DNA from: a virus
Lineage: Duplodnaviria > Caudoviricetes
DNA: 64,000 nucleotides
Strand: one strand, 5' to 3'
IMG/VR virus record: IMGVR_UViG_3300031994_000097
Location: 1,407-65,406 of that record
Below, piece by piece: positions 28,820-39,643 of this stretch. A program made the translations under genes and the position numbers. Below the pieces are notes generated by a model. It was not told the DNA's origin. It did no database searches and worked only from the letters and a program-made list of their open reading frames with translations. Every line of letters begins with the position of its first letter. Within the stretch, counting starts at the first letter, position 1.

Positions 28820-29344
28820 TCACTTCACACTAAGATTAAGGTTGTTTTTAAGAAACGCTCCCTTAACTTCCTTTCCGCTCTTAATTGCATCTTTAATAGC
28901 TGTCTTATCAGCGCTAATTTCTGTCTTTGTCTTGATAAATTCCTTATCCAATTCATCGATGTTAGGTACTTCTACGCTTGTAGACTTTCTAAATCCCAAC
29001 AGACATTTAGCTGTCTTAAACTTCCACTTAGCCTTATCTGACTCATTAGGATAACAAGCTGTAAGATAACCGTCAAGATATCTCTTTAATCCCTCGATTT
29101 TGTTCTCAGTGGATTTTCTACGCTTCTTTAGATTATCCTCTTCTTTCTTTAGAGCTTCTACATCGGATTCAAGATTCTTGATATAGCAACCGATATTTTC
29201 AATTTTCTTATCAAGTTCCAATGCAACCTCATCAATTTTCTTGGCAAGTTCTTCCTCAGACTCATAGATTGTACCATCGTCAGTATCAAAGTGTTCATCG
29301 AGTAGAGTAACCAATCTAGCGTCTATATCATAGATATTAGCCAT
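28820..29344 (-). CDS. siphovirus Gp157 family protein
   Basis: KIENIGCYIKNL..LKKEEDNL..RKSTSVEV..DKTAIKDAIKSG.EVKGA. Confidence 0.85.
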   Translation of the reverse strand: MANIYDIDARLVTLLDEHFDTDDGTIYESEEELAKKIDEVALELDKKIENIGCYIKNLESDVEALKKEEDNLKKRRKSTENKIEGLKRYLDGYLTACYPNESDKAKWKFKTAKCLLGFRKSTSVEVPNIDELDKEFIKTKTEISADKTAIKDAIKSGKEVKGAFLKNNLNLSVK

Positions 29345-29582
29345 TTTATTTAATCCTCCTTTGTTATCTTATGATATTTATAATGTATCACATTATTATC
29401 ACTATGTCAACATTTTTTAATTCTTTTCCCATCCATCTTTAGGACAAACGAGTAATTCCAATTTATTAATACCACATACTTTCATATCGGTAATAATATA
29501 CTTATCAGAGTTATTATATAAATCTACAAGATTTACATTATTAACACATATACTGCAACTTGGGTTTAAATTAATTATATCT

Positions 29583-29861
29583 TTAAATGTTATCATCTTT
29601 AATTACTACTCCATTCTCAAATTTATTATAACTCCATTTGTTATAATAGCTATTATTTTCTATCTCATTACATAATTGAATTACGTCATCTTCCGTAAAT
29701 GGTTTATTGACTACACATATTTTATTAATATCATCCATTAAATAATCATTGATACTCTGATATAATGTATTATACACCATATCTCGCTGTTCTGTCAATA
29801 GCCACTTTGTATGACGTTTAAACCAAAACCAATGCCACTTATGTAATAAATTTTTTATCAT
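29583..29861 (-). CDS. hypothetical protein
   Basis: ATGA overlap. Confidence 0.6.
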   Translation of the reverse strand: MIKNLLHKWHWFWFKRHTKWLLTEQRDMVYNTLYQSINDYLMDDINKICVVNKPFTEDDVIQLCNEIENNSYYNKWSYNKFENGVVIKDDNI

Positions 29862-30061
29862 ATCATTACCACCATTTCATTATCATCGATACTTATATGT
29901 TCTACCTCGCACTCTCCATATGGAATATTATTAAAATCAATTATATTATCGACAATACCTCTTGTCAACATTTCATTCCATCTTTCATATGATTCAATGC
30001 GATATTTAACTGAACCACCTGTAGTAAGTAATAATTCCTTAACTGTCATATTCTCACCCAT
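29858..30061 (-). CDS. hypothetical protein
   Basis: MTVKELL pattern. Confidence 0.65.
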   Translation of the reverse strand: MGENMTVKELLLTTGGSVKYRIESYERWNEMLTRGIVDNIIDFNNIPYGECEVEHISIDDNEMVVMI

Positions 30062-30473
30062 TATTTTTATTCTTAATCTGCTCTTTATACTGTCTTATAA
30101 CTGTATATGCAATAATTTCAATATTAGGTTCACATTGCTGATAACAATCCCATTTTTCTAACTTGTTAATATCATCTTCAAAAGCGTCACCTACAGAAAT
30201 TTCATACTCTCTTCTGCACCATTCTTGCCATCTTATCAATGATTTTATCTCATGACATAAACCATGAAAACCATATACTTTCTTATCATCTTCTCTAGTT
30301 GCTCCAAAATTATAGCAAGAATAATTCTTAGGTGAACGTATGTACTTACGAACTTCTTTTTCAACGGCTTCACTTAATGAAATATTATCAAAAATATTAA
30401 ACATTTCTACACGTCTAACATCATGATTATAATTTAATACATAATATTCAAAAATCATACCCATACGAATCAT
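30054..30473 (-). CDS. conserved phage hypothetical protein
   Basis: FNIFDN...WCRREYEISVG...KWDCYQQ. Confidence 0.75.
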   Translation of the reverse strand: MIRMGMIFEYYVLNYNHDVRRVEMFNIFDNISLSEAVEKEVRKYIRSPKNYSCYNFGATREDDKKVYGFHGLCHEIKSLIRWQEWCRREYEISVGDAFEDDINKLEKWDCYQQCEPNIEIIAYTVIRQYKEQIKNKNNG

Positions 30474-31077
30474 CTTCCTTTATTCTGTTGATTATAACTT
30501 CTCTAGTCCATTTGCCACAAGTCTTTTTATCCTTAGTTTCAAAATTATTACCACTATCAATTAATAGTACATTGAGTGAACGCAGTTCTGCACATTCACG
30601 ACTATTAAATATCTGTTCTGTTGCTAATCCAACTACTATATCAGCAAATACACAGCAATGTGTTTTCATAATGTCAAAATTAGACTTACTATTAAACTCA
30701 CATACAGTATATCCGTAGTCAATTAGCATATTTATCAACTGCTTACCTACCAATCCTCTACCAATAACCGCAATAATTATTTCTCTGTTTGGATATTCTT
30801 TTGTAATAAAATTATAAATTCCCTTGGCGGTAGCACTTGGATAATCAACATTAAACTGTGTTTCTTTCCAATATTTAGGAATAGTAGCCTTAGTTGGTTC
30901 TAAGTATAATTCATAATTACTCTCATCACCTAACCAATCTTGTACATTGTTAAACACCTTAACGTCTATATTGTTCTTCTCACAATCTCTACTCAGATAT
31001 TTCAAATAGGTATCACTTGCCTTATTAGGGTTATCGTAATATATATGCAGTACTTTTCTTTTACCCATTTTTCTCAC
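30448..31077 (-). CDS. degenerate FolD-like (methylene-THF dehydrogenase/cyclohydrolase) protein
   Basis: ASDTYL...CEK..I; TAKGI; AVIGRGLVGKQL..ML...TV...NSK; ADIVV; IDSG.N collinear with FolD motifs. Confidence 0.7.
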   Translation of the reverse strand: MRKMGKRKVLHIYYDNPNKASDTYLKYLSRDCEKNNIDVKVFNNVQDWLGDESNYELYLEPTKATIPKYWKETQFNVDYPSATAKGIYNFITKEYPNREIIIAVIGRGLVGKQLINMLIDYGYTVCEFNSKSNFDIMKTHCCVFADIVVGLATEQIFNSRECAELRSLNVLLIDSGNNFETKDKKTCGKWTREVIINRIKEDDSYGYDF

Positions 31078-31675
31078 CTTTCTTTAAAGCCTCTAATCGT
31101 TTTTTATTGGCTAACTGCTTTTGTCTTTGCATATAATCTTCAAGTTTATTTTCTACGACAAGATTCTTAAATACTTGCTCACATTCACTCAGAGTAAAAA
31201 ATATCATATCAGATTCGTCAAATCCTATACAATGTGACATACCTCTATCCTCATACCCTATAATCAATCTCGGATATACGGATGATATTTTCAATTCAAC
31301 TATTTCCTTTTTACCACACAGTTCATTAACCTTGATATAGTATATAGACTGTCCTTTAAAATAGTCATTTCTATAGTCAAAATCTGGCTGTGGATAATTT
31401 TCTCTTTTAGCTTTCTCTAATTGCTCTTCACAAATCTGTTCCATAGTTTTCATGGAATTAACAGACTCTTTAGCCATTTCAACTTTCTCAGTAGCAGAGT
31501 TGACATTACTTCGGAGTTTAGCTTCAAGCTCTTCCATTTGTTTTTTAGCCTCTAGCATTTCGAGTTTGGTTCTTCTGTGCCTCTTTGGTTTAGCATCTGT
31601 ATTATTCTTAATTGGTTTAGAATCAAGAAACTTTTCTAATGTTTTCTTATTCCGACTGCCCTTGGGTCTGCTCAT
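31061..31675 (-). CDS. protein with AT-hook-like N-terminus and coiled coil
   Basis: MSRPKGSRNKK and KPKRHRRTKLEM; AGGAGG RBS. Confidence 0.75.
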   Translation of the reverse strand: MSRPKGSRNKKTLEKFLDSKPIKNNTDAKPKRHRRTKLEMLEAKKQMEELEAKLRSNVNSATEKVEMAKESVNSMKTMEQICEEQLEKAKRENYPQPDFDYRNDYFKGQSIYYIKVNELCGKKEIVELKISSVYPRLIIGYEDRGMSHCIGFDESDMIFFTLSECEQVFKNLVVENKLEDYMQRQKQLANKKRLEALKKGEKNG

Positions 31676-31752
31676 TATTTAATTCCTCCTTTGATTCTAT
31701 TATAAAATAACTTTTTGCACTTTGTCAATAAAGATAAGTGTAAAAATTGCAC

Positions 31753-32256
31753 TTATTTATTCTCTGTTATATTATTCCAAATACCATTATTATCCTTTTT
31801 CCATATGTTCTGATTGCTTGAACCTCTGTATAATAAATTTAGGTCTTTAAGCTCTTCTTTAAATTCACCATCGATTACATAATCAACATAATCTAACACT
31901 TTTGAGAATTTTGGGTGACGAGGACTGTTTTCTATATATATAAAAGTATAGCCACTCCACAACCATATAGGTTTACCTACTTCTGTTTTTACCCTATTCA
32001 ATAGGGTAATCAATTCATCTATAGGTTGGTCTAAAGGCTCACCACCGAGGATAGATATATGGTCTATATATTCTCTTTGGCATAGTTTTATAAACTCATC
32101 CTCGACTTCTTTAGTCCACTCTTTACCGCCATTAAAATCCCATGTAGATGAATTAAAGCAACCCTTACATCTATGACTGCACCCTTGAAAGAAAATAGTT
32201 GCTCCTATACCTTTGCCATTTACTATATCCATATCTCTTATCTGTGCATATCTCAT
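31753..32256 (-). CDS. nrdG: anaerobic ribonucleotide reductase activating enzyme
   Basis: CSHRCKGC radical SAM motif, LGGEP, RGSSNQ. Confidence 0.95.
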   Translation of the reverse strand: MRYAQIRDMDIVNGKGIGATIFFQGCSHRCKGCFNSSTWDFNGGKEWTKEVEDEFIKLCQREYIDHISILGGEPLDQPIDELITLLNRVKTEVGKPIWLWSGYTFIYIENSPRHPKFSKVLDYVDYVIDGEFKEELKDLNLLYRGSSNQNIWKKDNNGIWNNITENK

Positions 32257-32465
32257 ATTTCTACCTCATGCCAACCTCTTTCTATTGCTTTAAAATCATC
32301 ATACAAAGTGTTATCCGAATCGAATATAATAGTTGCCCTTCGATTACTGATAATTCTAATATTCACCACATTTTCTTTTGGGATATTATAAAATTCAAGA
32401 AAATGTATAATTTTACTCTCTATCGGATAACCATAATTAGTCTGTAGTTCTTCAAATCTATACAT
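32253..32465 (-). CDS. hypothetical protein
   Basis: AAGGAG RBS. Confidence 0.65.
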   Translation of the reverse strand: MYRFEELQTNYGYPIESKIIHFLEFYNIPKENVVNIRIISNRRATIIFDSDNTLYDDFKAIERGWHEVEI

Positions 32466-32476
32466 ATATACTCTCC

Positions 32477-32974
32477 TTAAAATCTAGTACTGTAATAAAA
32501 ATCCCACAACTCATCTATTTGCGGTGCTATTTCATTTTCATAAAATTCTTCACAACAAGTGACATAGTTTAATTTTTCATCATTATATGATGTATTCATT
32601 CTTATTGTCTTAGGATATATAAACCAATGTCTTTTATGATTAGGACAACCGCAATATCCTAATAAACGTTTATACAATGGTCTATTATCGTAAGGATGAA
32701 AGAATCTATCTCTAATATTATCTTTTAGTAAAATAAATTTTTGTTCAATCTTTTCTCTAAATGATAATTTTGTATTGATACTAAAGCTGAATGTTTTATT
32801 ATTATAATAATCTTTAAGTAATGATAATTCTGAGTCTGTCAACGTATAAGAATCATCATCTTCTTTGGTAATTATAACATTTTTCGCTATGCCAATAGGA
32901 TTACCATCTTTATCATACAATGTTACATCACCGCATTTAAATTTAGATTCGTCTATTGTAATCATATAATACAC
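32477..32974 (-). CDS. hypothetical protein
   Basis: ORF track; RBS upstream. Confidence 0.65.
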   Translation of the reverse strand: MYYMITIDESKFKCGDVTLYDKDGNPIGIAKNVIITKEDDDSYTLTDSELSLLKDYYNNKTFSFSINTKLSFREKIEQKFILLKDNIRDRFFHPYDNRPLYKRLLGYCGCPNHKRHWFIYPKTIRMNTSYNDEKLNYVTCCEEFYENEIAPQIDELWDFYYSTRF

Positions 32975-33032
32975 ACCTTCCTTTATAAAAAAATAATAGA
33001 GTAGCTTACACTACTCTATTATTATATAATAC

Positions 33033-35261
33033 TTATTTACTTTTGTCAACTATATATTCGTGACAGTCGAGATGAACGTATCTATTTACTATTTCGTCTG
33101 TTCTGCCTTGTGACCAAAAGTTAGTACCAATATAACCACAAGTACGTCTTGACACATTCATTTTCTTTTGGTCTGTATTACCACAATTCGGGCATCTCCA
33201 AATATATTTACCATTATCAGTAATACACTCTATTTCTTTATCATAACCGCATACTTGACAATAATCAGACTTAGTATTTAACTCCGCATACATAGTATTA
33301 TCATATATATATTTTACAAGAGCAATCACCGCATCTATATTATCTGTCATATTAGCACATTCACAGTAAGAAATCATACCTCCCGAACTTAATTTTTGAA
33401 ACTCGGATTCAAGTTTAAGTTTCTCAAATGGATTAATCTTTTCTTCGACAAATACGTGATATGAGTTAGTTATGAAATCTCTATCTCGTCCATCCATTTT
33501 AATAAAAACATCATCTCCGAATCTTTTCTTTATACATCTTGCAAATTTGTAGGTTGTATTTTCAATCGGACTTCCATATGGTGAGTAATCAATATCCTCT
33601 TCTTCTTTCCATTGATTACATTTGTCAAGAATTGATTGCATTATCTTTAAAGCAAATTCTTTTCCCTTTGGGTCAGTATGACTTACTCCTAACATAGATT
33701 TAACACATTCATACAATCCTGCATACCCATAGCTTATAGTAAATCTGCCATGTTTTAATAATTCTGCTATAGATGCACCTTTTGGTAATCTTGCAAAAGC
33801 TCCATACTGCCAAAGTATAGGTGCAATATCCGATGTAACACATCTGATACGGTCATATCTACATTTAAGAGCCTTATGAACAAGTTCAGAACGTTCATCA
33901 AATAACTTCCAAAATTTATCCATATCTTTATTGGCGCTTAAACCTAAATCCGCAAGATTTAATGTAACAACACCCATATTGCCACGACCATAATATTGAT
34001 GCTTGCCATCATAATTAAGTCGATGTTCTATATTTCCTAATCCTGTATCTGTATATCTATCGGGAGTAAGAAATGAGCGACATCCCATGCAAGGATAAAC
34101 ATCACCCTTGTATTCTCTCATTTTCTTGGCTGAAATATAATCGGGATTCATTCTCTTAGCCGTACTTTCACAAGCTAATTTTGTTAAATACCAATATTCG
34201 GAATCTTCTGTAATATTATTTTCATCAAGAACATAAAGTAGCTTTGGAAATGCTTGTGTTACCATTACACCTTGTTCATTTGGCATACCTTCGATTCTCT
34301 GTTTAAGAAATTCCTCAATCAACATTGCAGTTTCTTTTTCGTATTCTTTATTCTCACTGATATAAAGGAATACGCTAATGAATGGAGACTGTCCGTTGGT
34401 CGTAGCCATTGAATTTAATTGATAGTTAAAAGTTTGTACAGCATCTCTAATTTCTTTCTTTAAGTCTATCATTGCTAATTCTTCGGCTCTATCGGATAAT
34501 CCTAAATCATTATATTTCTTTATATAACGATTATAACTATCTCTCACAAAAGGCGCTAAATGTGAAAGAGTAATTGTCTGTCCGCCATAAGTAGAACTAC
34601 TTACTGCTGTAATAATTTGAGTAGCAATTGTACAAGCAGTTAATAAACTATGTGGCTTATGAATTGCTGTTTTATTAATTACTGTGCCATTCTGTAACAT
34701 ATCTTCAAGATTAGTTAGTTCGCAGTTCGTAATCCCTTTTTGCAAAAAATAATCTGCGTCATGAAAGTGGATAATACCTTCGTCATGAGCCTTTACTACA
34801 TCTTTTGGTAAAAGCACTCTTCTTACAATATCTGTACTTGTAATACCTGCTATATAATCTCTTTGAACGGTAATATTAGTTGAGTCTTTATTAGAATTTT
34901 CAGTATTCCAATATTCACTTGTACCACTAAATAATTCATCTAAATCTTTATCTGTAGTATTAGGTCTTGCTAATCTACGCTTTTCTCTATACAGAATATA
35001 CTCTTTAGCAACATTCTTCTTCTTGCAACTCATTAACCCTTTTTCTACGAGGTCTTGGATTGCTTCAACATCAAGCATCTTGTCACTAGATTCAACGACA
35101 GACTCAATATAATCTGCTATATTCATAGCCTTAGTCTGAGCATATTCATCATATACTTCACCATCAGTATTCTCAAAAGCAGATTTAATAGCATCAACTA
35201 TCTTTATCTTATCAAATACAACTTGTCTGCCATCACGTTTTAAAATTTTCTTTTTCTTCAT
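33033..35261 (-). CDS. nrdD: class III anaerobic ribonucleoside-triphosphate reductase with ATP cone
   Basis: KRDGR ATP cone, HFHD, MGCRS, TNSYH, CxxC..CxxC, RRTCGY glycyl radical loop. Confidence 0.97.
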   Translation of the reverse strand: MKKKKILKRDGRQVVFDKIKIVDAIKSAFENTDGEVYDEYAQTKAMNIADYIESVVESSDKMLDVEAIQDLVEKGLMSCKKKNVAKEYILYREKRRLARPNTTDKDLDELFSGTSEYWNTENSNKDSTNITVQRDYIAGITSTDIVRRVLLPKDVVKAHDEGIIHFHDADYFLQKGITNCELTNLEDMLQNGTVINKTAIHKPHSLLTACTIATQIITAVSSSTYGGQTITLSHLAPFVRDSYNRYIKKYNDLGLSDRAEELAMIDLKKEIRDAVQTFNYQLNSMATTNGQSPFISVFLYISENKEYEKETAMLIEEFLKQRIEGMPNEQGVMVTQAFPKLLYVLDENNITEDSEYWYLTKLACESTAKRMNPDYISAKKMREYKGDVYPCMGCRSFLTPDRYTDTGLGNIEHRLNYDGKHQYYGRGNMGVVTLNLADLGLSANKDMDKFWKLFDERSELVHKALKCRYDRIRCVTSDIAPILWQYGAFARLPKGASIAELLKHGRFTISYGYAGLYECVKSMLGVSHTDPKGKEFALKIMQSILDKCNQWKEEEDIDYSPYGSPIENTTYKFARCIKKRFGDDVFIKMDGRDRDFITNSYHVFVEEKINPFEKLKLESEFQKLSSGGMISYCECANMTDNIDAVIALVKYIYDNTMYAELNTKSDYCQVCGYDKEIECITDNGKYIWRCPNCGNTDQKKMNVSRRTCGYIGTNFWSQGRTDEIVNRYVHLDCHEYIVDKSK

Positions 35262-35371
35262 TACCTTATTCTACTCCAATCAATTATTTTAATTATTTTA
35301 GATTATTGTAAAATATTCTAGGTGGACTTCTCGTATTATCACCCCTTTCTGTTGTCAATGTACTATTAATC

Positions 35372-35920
35372 TTAATCCCAATAACCGATATATTCTCCGT
35401 CTAAAATATTCCAAGAATATACAGTCATTGCAACTACTCGACTATTCCATTCCTCACAAATATAAGAGCAATCTCCCATTGTCTTTACTGTAGAATCAAG
35501 TTTCGACATATCTACAATAAATTCACTCATGCAACCATTGTCTGTATAAAGGTTATTTATATCAGTATCAACGTCTGCCTTTTGGTCGCCCATAATACAA
35601 TGTATTACAGTGCCATTCTCTAAGATTAAATCAAAATACTGACCAATCTCAACACCAAATTTACTACCAATAGCAACTAAATAGTTTCCGTTAATCATTC
35701 TAAAGCCGTTTTCGTCAGTTACAGCCATTTCTTGAAGTTCATATTGGTCATAGTTCTCGTCAAAAACTGTATAACTTTCATAAGACTTCAAGCTAGAATG
35801 ATTATACTCAGCTACATTGTATGTAATTTGATAGGTTTCTGCATAAGCAATTCTTTTAGTCGTTAATAACATTATAGCACTTAGACCAAGAATTGCAATA
35901 GCTTTTTTGGATTTTTTCAA
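35372..35920 (-). CDS. secreted protein, possibly cell-wall related
   Basis: Signal peptide MKKSKKAIAILGLSAIMLL..AYA; YLVAIGS..GDQKAD..EFIVD. Confidence 0.7.
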   Translation of the reverse strand: MKKSKKAIAILGLSAIMLLTTKRIAYAETYQITYNVAEYNHSSLKSYESYTVFDENYDQYELQEMAVTDENGFRMINGNYLVAIGSKFGVEIGQYFDLILENGTVIHCIMGDQKADVDTDINNLYTDNGCMSEFIVDMSKLDSTVKTMGDCSYICEEWNSRVVAMTVYSWNILDGEYIGYWD

Positions 35921-36402
35921 ACAAATTTTCTCCTTTCAGTTTGATAGAGAAATCTTATCATATACAAATCCAATTGTCAACCCATAATAAACATACCTAA
36001 ATTTCTTTGATTTTGCCACCTAGATTTAATTTAAATTAAGTTTTGGCACAATTTACCATCTGAAAATTAAAGTCGCTAAAAATGGCAAAATTTTACGTTT
36101 TAAATCTGTCAAGTATTTTTACTTGACAGATAATTAATATTATGGATAATTTTAATTAAAATTTTTTAATTATCGTATGCCGATAAATGACAAATGTCAG
36201 CGGTGATATATTAATTATATATTATTAATTATTTAAATATATATTAAATATACAGGTATATATATATTAATTAATACAGTTATATAATAATATATATAAT
36301 ATATAATCCAATCGGCAATCGTGAATACTCATCTTTCCTATGTGCTACAAGAGCGGGGTTTGGGGCGCAGCGCCCAACTGCAAGAAATCCAATTGACTAA
36401 AA

Positions 36403-36730
36403 ACCACCACTAGATTTGTAATATGGTTTACCACCACCAAAGTTGTAATATGGTTTTATAATATATTTATATTTATTTAATTATTTAAATATTGATATTT
36501 AATAAATAATATAATATAATTTAAATATATATAATATAATATTTAAATACCTGTATATAATATTATATAATATATATATTATTTAAATATATACCTGTAT
36601 ATAATATAATTATAATTAAATAACCACCATAAGAATTGTAATATAATATATATTATATATATTTAAATAATATATTAAAATAAATCAATAAATACATTAT
36701 AAATATTTACCACCACTAGAATTGTAATAT
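36403..36730 (+). repeat. four 22-bp iteron-like repeats in extreme AT-rich DNA (candidate replication origin)
   Basis: ACCACCA-N6-TTGTAATAT at 36403, 36430, 36623, 36709. Confidence 0.7.
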
Positions 36731-36805
36731 ATAATATATATATTAATATATATAATAATATAATATATAATAATAATATATATATTCATCGGACGAGATT
36801 AGCCG

Positions 36806-36834
36806 TTGACAAGCGATAGCTTATGTGGTATAAT
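36806..36834 (+). promoter_or_regulatory. consensus sigma-A promoter for RNA polymerase gene
   Basis: TTGACA-17-TATAAT with TGn extension. Confidence 0.8.
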
Positions 36835-37055
36835 GGGTTTAAGAATAAGAGGTAATATAAAGCCTCAAAAAGAAAAGGAGATGATTAAAAGTAAATGACA
36901 GAAATGCAACGTAGGTTAAGGAATGAAAAGAACAGTGAGTACGAATATAAACGTGATTACTCTCATTATGGGTTATTTGAAGATTTAACATATAACGAAC
37001 TAATGTGTGACTATGAAGAAGAAAATGAAAACTAAATAATGAAAGGTGTGTGTAA

Positions 37056-39599
37056 ATGTCAGAGTATGGAGTTAAGATAAAAAACATTGAAGCCGCTACT
37101 CTGTATGAATACAACTTAGGGATTAGACAAAGGTATTTGGCTAAAGATGGAATGTTTACTAATAGCCTATTGTTAGATTTCTTAAAAAAGAATGGATTAA
37201 GAATCACCAAAGGTGGTTTTACAAAAGATATAATCTGTTTAACTTTTAACATGAACGCTAAACCAAAAGCAGACCATATTGAAAAGTTAAAGAAAGCCAT
37301 AGATTCTGAAACAGACCCTAACCGTATTGAGTATTTAGCGGATTGTTTAGCTCACTTGGAAAATATATCTGTAATCTTTAACGGATTATCTAAAGAGCAG
37401 ATAAGATTGGAATACTACAAAGACGGTGTAGATATTTCTTATTACCGATACCATAAAGATACTGACGAATATCTAGTTGATGAGGTAATACACTATAAAA
37501 TGTTCTTTAGGAGTACAGGTAAAGCTAAACAAGGCTCATGTATGTTTATTAACGATAGACTATACAATAAAGCCATTGATTTTATTCGTATGGGTATTAA
37601 GCTACCTAAAGAGGACGCACCGATAGTAGAAATAAGTGCTTACTCTAGTTTGATAGCAAGTACGATAATTGGAAAGATACAAATAGACCCTAAGAATATT
37701 TTGATTTTGAAAGATGTTAAATCTGACTACACAGCAAAGGTTATATCGGTTGAAGCTGATGACAAAAATAGATGTGTAGCTAAGATTAAAGAGGATTATA
37801 CTAACAGTTACGATATGTTTGACGGACAAGCGTTAATTGATAGTAGTATATTTCCAAGTTGGGCGAATGGGTATGTATTATTACGACAACATTTTTGCAA
37901 GATGGCAAGTTTTAACACTAATATACAAGGATTTTTTAAAGATTATTTTGGCGATAACTATGAAGCCGCAAAGGTTGTAGATATGTTTGGTAATGAGCAT
38001 TACGCCAAGGATATAAAGCTCATTACCACTAATAATGCTATGAAATGGCTTAAATTTCGAGAGATAAGCTACGATTATTGGTGTCAAAAAGTCAATGAGT
38101 GTAATGATGAATTTGGTATAGTTAAAACGGCTCATGAGTCTAAACTCGGAGATTTCCAAAGAATGAGTTATCAAATGATTAATTCTTTGGATATAAACGT
38201 AATACCAAACATAGCCAAGAAATCATTTGACTATGTTTATAAATTGAGAACTGATGATGCAACATATTTAGATTACTTGGAGAGAACTAAGAACTTCTCT
38301 AACGACCATGAAGTAATGATTGCTTTATATAAGCATAATCCCAACATAATGCAGAGTGATTATTTTAGGATTAGAAGAACGACTATATGCGATAATTACG
38401 TTAGAGATATTAAGCAAGGTCATGTGATACAAGATGGCGACAATGTGACTTTGGTAGGCTCACCATATGCAATGTTATTACATAGCGTGGGTGAAGATGT
38501 TGAAAAAGATATTATGTTTCAGCATGAGGATAATACGATACAGTGTTATACGGAACGTTTTGAAGATGGAGAATACTTGGCAGGATTTAGGAGTCCGTAT
38601 AATAGCAAGTCAAATTGTTGTTATTTACATAATGTCAAGAATAAAGATGCTATAAAATATTTTAATTTTGGAACTTTGATAATGGCGGTAAATACTTTAC
38701 ATACTGATTACGAGGATAGAGGAAACGGGTTAGATTTTGACTCGGACTCACAGTATATTACTAATCAAGCTGATATAGTTGAATGTGCTAGAAAGTATTA
38801 TTTAAATAATTCGACTATAGTTAATAACATTGCTAAGAGTAAAATCTCACATTCTAGTGATTTAGCTGATTTTGCAAAAATGGATAATTCATTAGCAAGG
38901 TCACAACTAGGTATAGGTGAGAGTACAAACATAGCTCAAATAGCTCAAAGCTATGGTTATACATTCGATGATAAAGATTATGAAATGTATAACGCCTTAT
39001 TAGCAACTATATGTCAGTGCTGTATAGATAATGCTAAAAGAACATTTGCTATAGATATTAACGCCGAAATTAAAAGGATTAAAGAGGAATTGGATATTAA
39101 GACTAATGGTTTGCCTAAGTTTTGGAAAACTATTAAAGGTCAAGATGGAGTAGATTATAGCGAAAAAATCAACTATGACATTCGATGCCCTATGAATAGT
39201 TTACAAGATATGTATAGCAAAGTACATTCTAAACAAAGTAAATCTATACCGCTATTAGATTTTTGTAAGAATGAAAAATATAAACAAGATTACAAGAAGA
39301 ATCGACAAGTAGAGGAATTTTTAAAGAAATACGAAATTGATTTATTCAAGTACTCTATTAGCGACAACAAGAAAGAGGATATTTTGTGGTTAAAAGACAG
39401 TTATGATGATTTGATATACGATTTAAGCAGAATCGGATTATTGTCTAAGAAATATATAAATGTGTTCGATTATTTTATCAGACACACTTTTGGAAATCAA
39501 AACAAAACAAGCATAAAGAACAAACGTATGCTATTGAGTGTGCTATATAAAATGTCGGTTCAAAGTAACAATCTATTGAATCTTTTCGTAAAGGGTTAA
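37056..39599 (+). CDS. yonO: YonO-like single-subunit RNA polymerase (RdRP/double-psi-barrel family)
   Basis: FDGQALI, RSPYN, GLDFDSD catalytic loop, IDNAK; 847 aa; upstream of virion operon as in SPbeta. Confidence 0.8.
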   Translation: MSEYGVKIKNIEAATLYEYNLGIRQRYLAKDGMFTNSLLLDFLKKNGLRITKGGFTKDIICLTFNMNAKPKADHIEKLKKAIDSETDPNRIEYLADCLAHLENISVIFNGLSKEQIRLEYYKDGVDISYYRYHKDTDEYLVDEVIHYKMFFRSTGKAKQGSCMFINDRLYNKAIDFIRMGIKLPKEDAPIVEISAYSSLIASTIIGKIQIDPKNILILKDVKSDYTAKVISVEADDKNRCVAKIKEDYTNSYDMFDGQALIDSSIFPSWANGYVLLRQHFCKMASFNTNIQGFFKDYFGDNYEAAKVVDMFGNEHYAKDIKLITTNNAMKWLKFREISYDYWCQKVNECNDEFGIVKTAHESKLGDFQRMSYQMINSLDINVIPNIAKKSFDYVYKLRTDDATYLDYLERTKNFSNDHEVMIALYKHNPNIMQSDYFRIRRTTICDNYVRDIKQGHVIQDGDNVTLVGSPYAMLLHSVGEDVEKDIMFQHEDNTIQCYTERFEDGEYLAGFRSPYNSKSNCCYLHNVKNKDAIKYFNFGTLIMAVNTLHTDYEDRGNGLDFDSDSQYITNQADIVECARKYYLNNSTIVNNIAKSKISHSSDLADFAKMDNSLARSQLGIGESTNIAQIAQSYGYTFDDKDYEMYNALLATICQCCIDNAKRTFAIDINAEIKRIKEELDIKTNGLPKFWKTIKGQDGVDYSEKINYDIRCPMNSLQDMYSKVHSKQSKSIPLLDFCKNEKYKQDYKKNRQVEEFLKKYEIDLFKYSISDNKKEDILWLKDSYDDLIYDLSRIGLLSKKYINVFDYFIRHTFGNQNKTSIKNKRMLLSVLYKMSVQSNNLLNLFVKG

Positions 39600-39600
39600 A

Positions 39601-39635
39601 GTATTGCCATGTATAAAAGCATGGCAATATTTTTT
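39601..39635 (+). terminator. intrinsic terminator
   Basis: TATTGCCATG/CATGGCAATA stem plus T-run. Confidence 0.8.
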
Positions 39636-39643
39636 AGATAACT

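Noticed and set aside
36839-37300. 153-aa antisense ORF
   Set aside because: Shadow of the RNA polymerase gene and its leader
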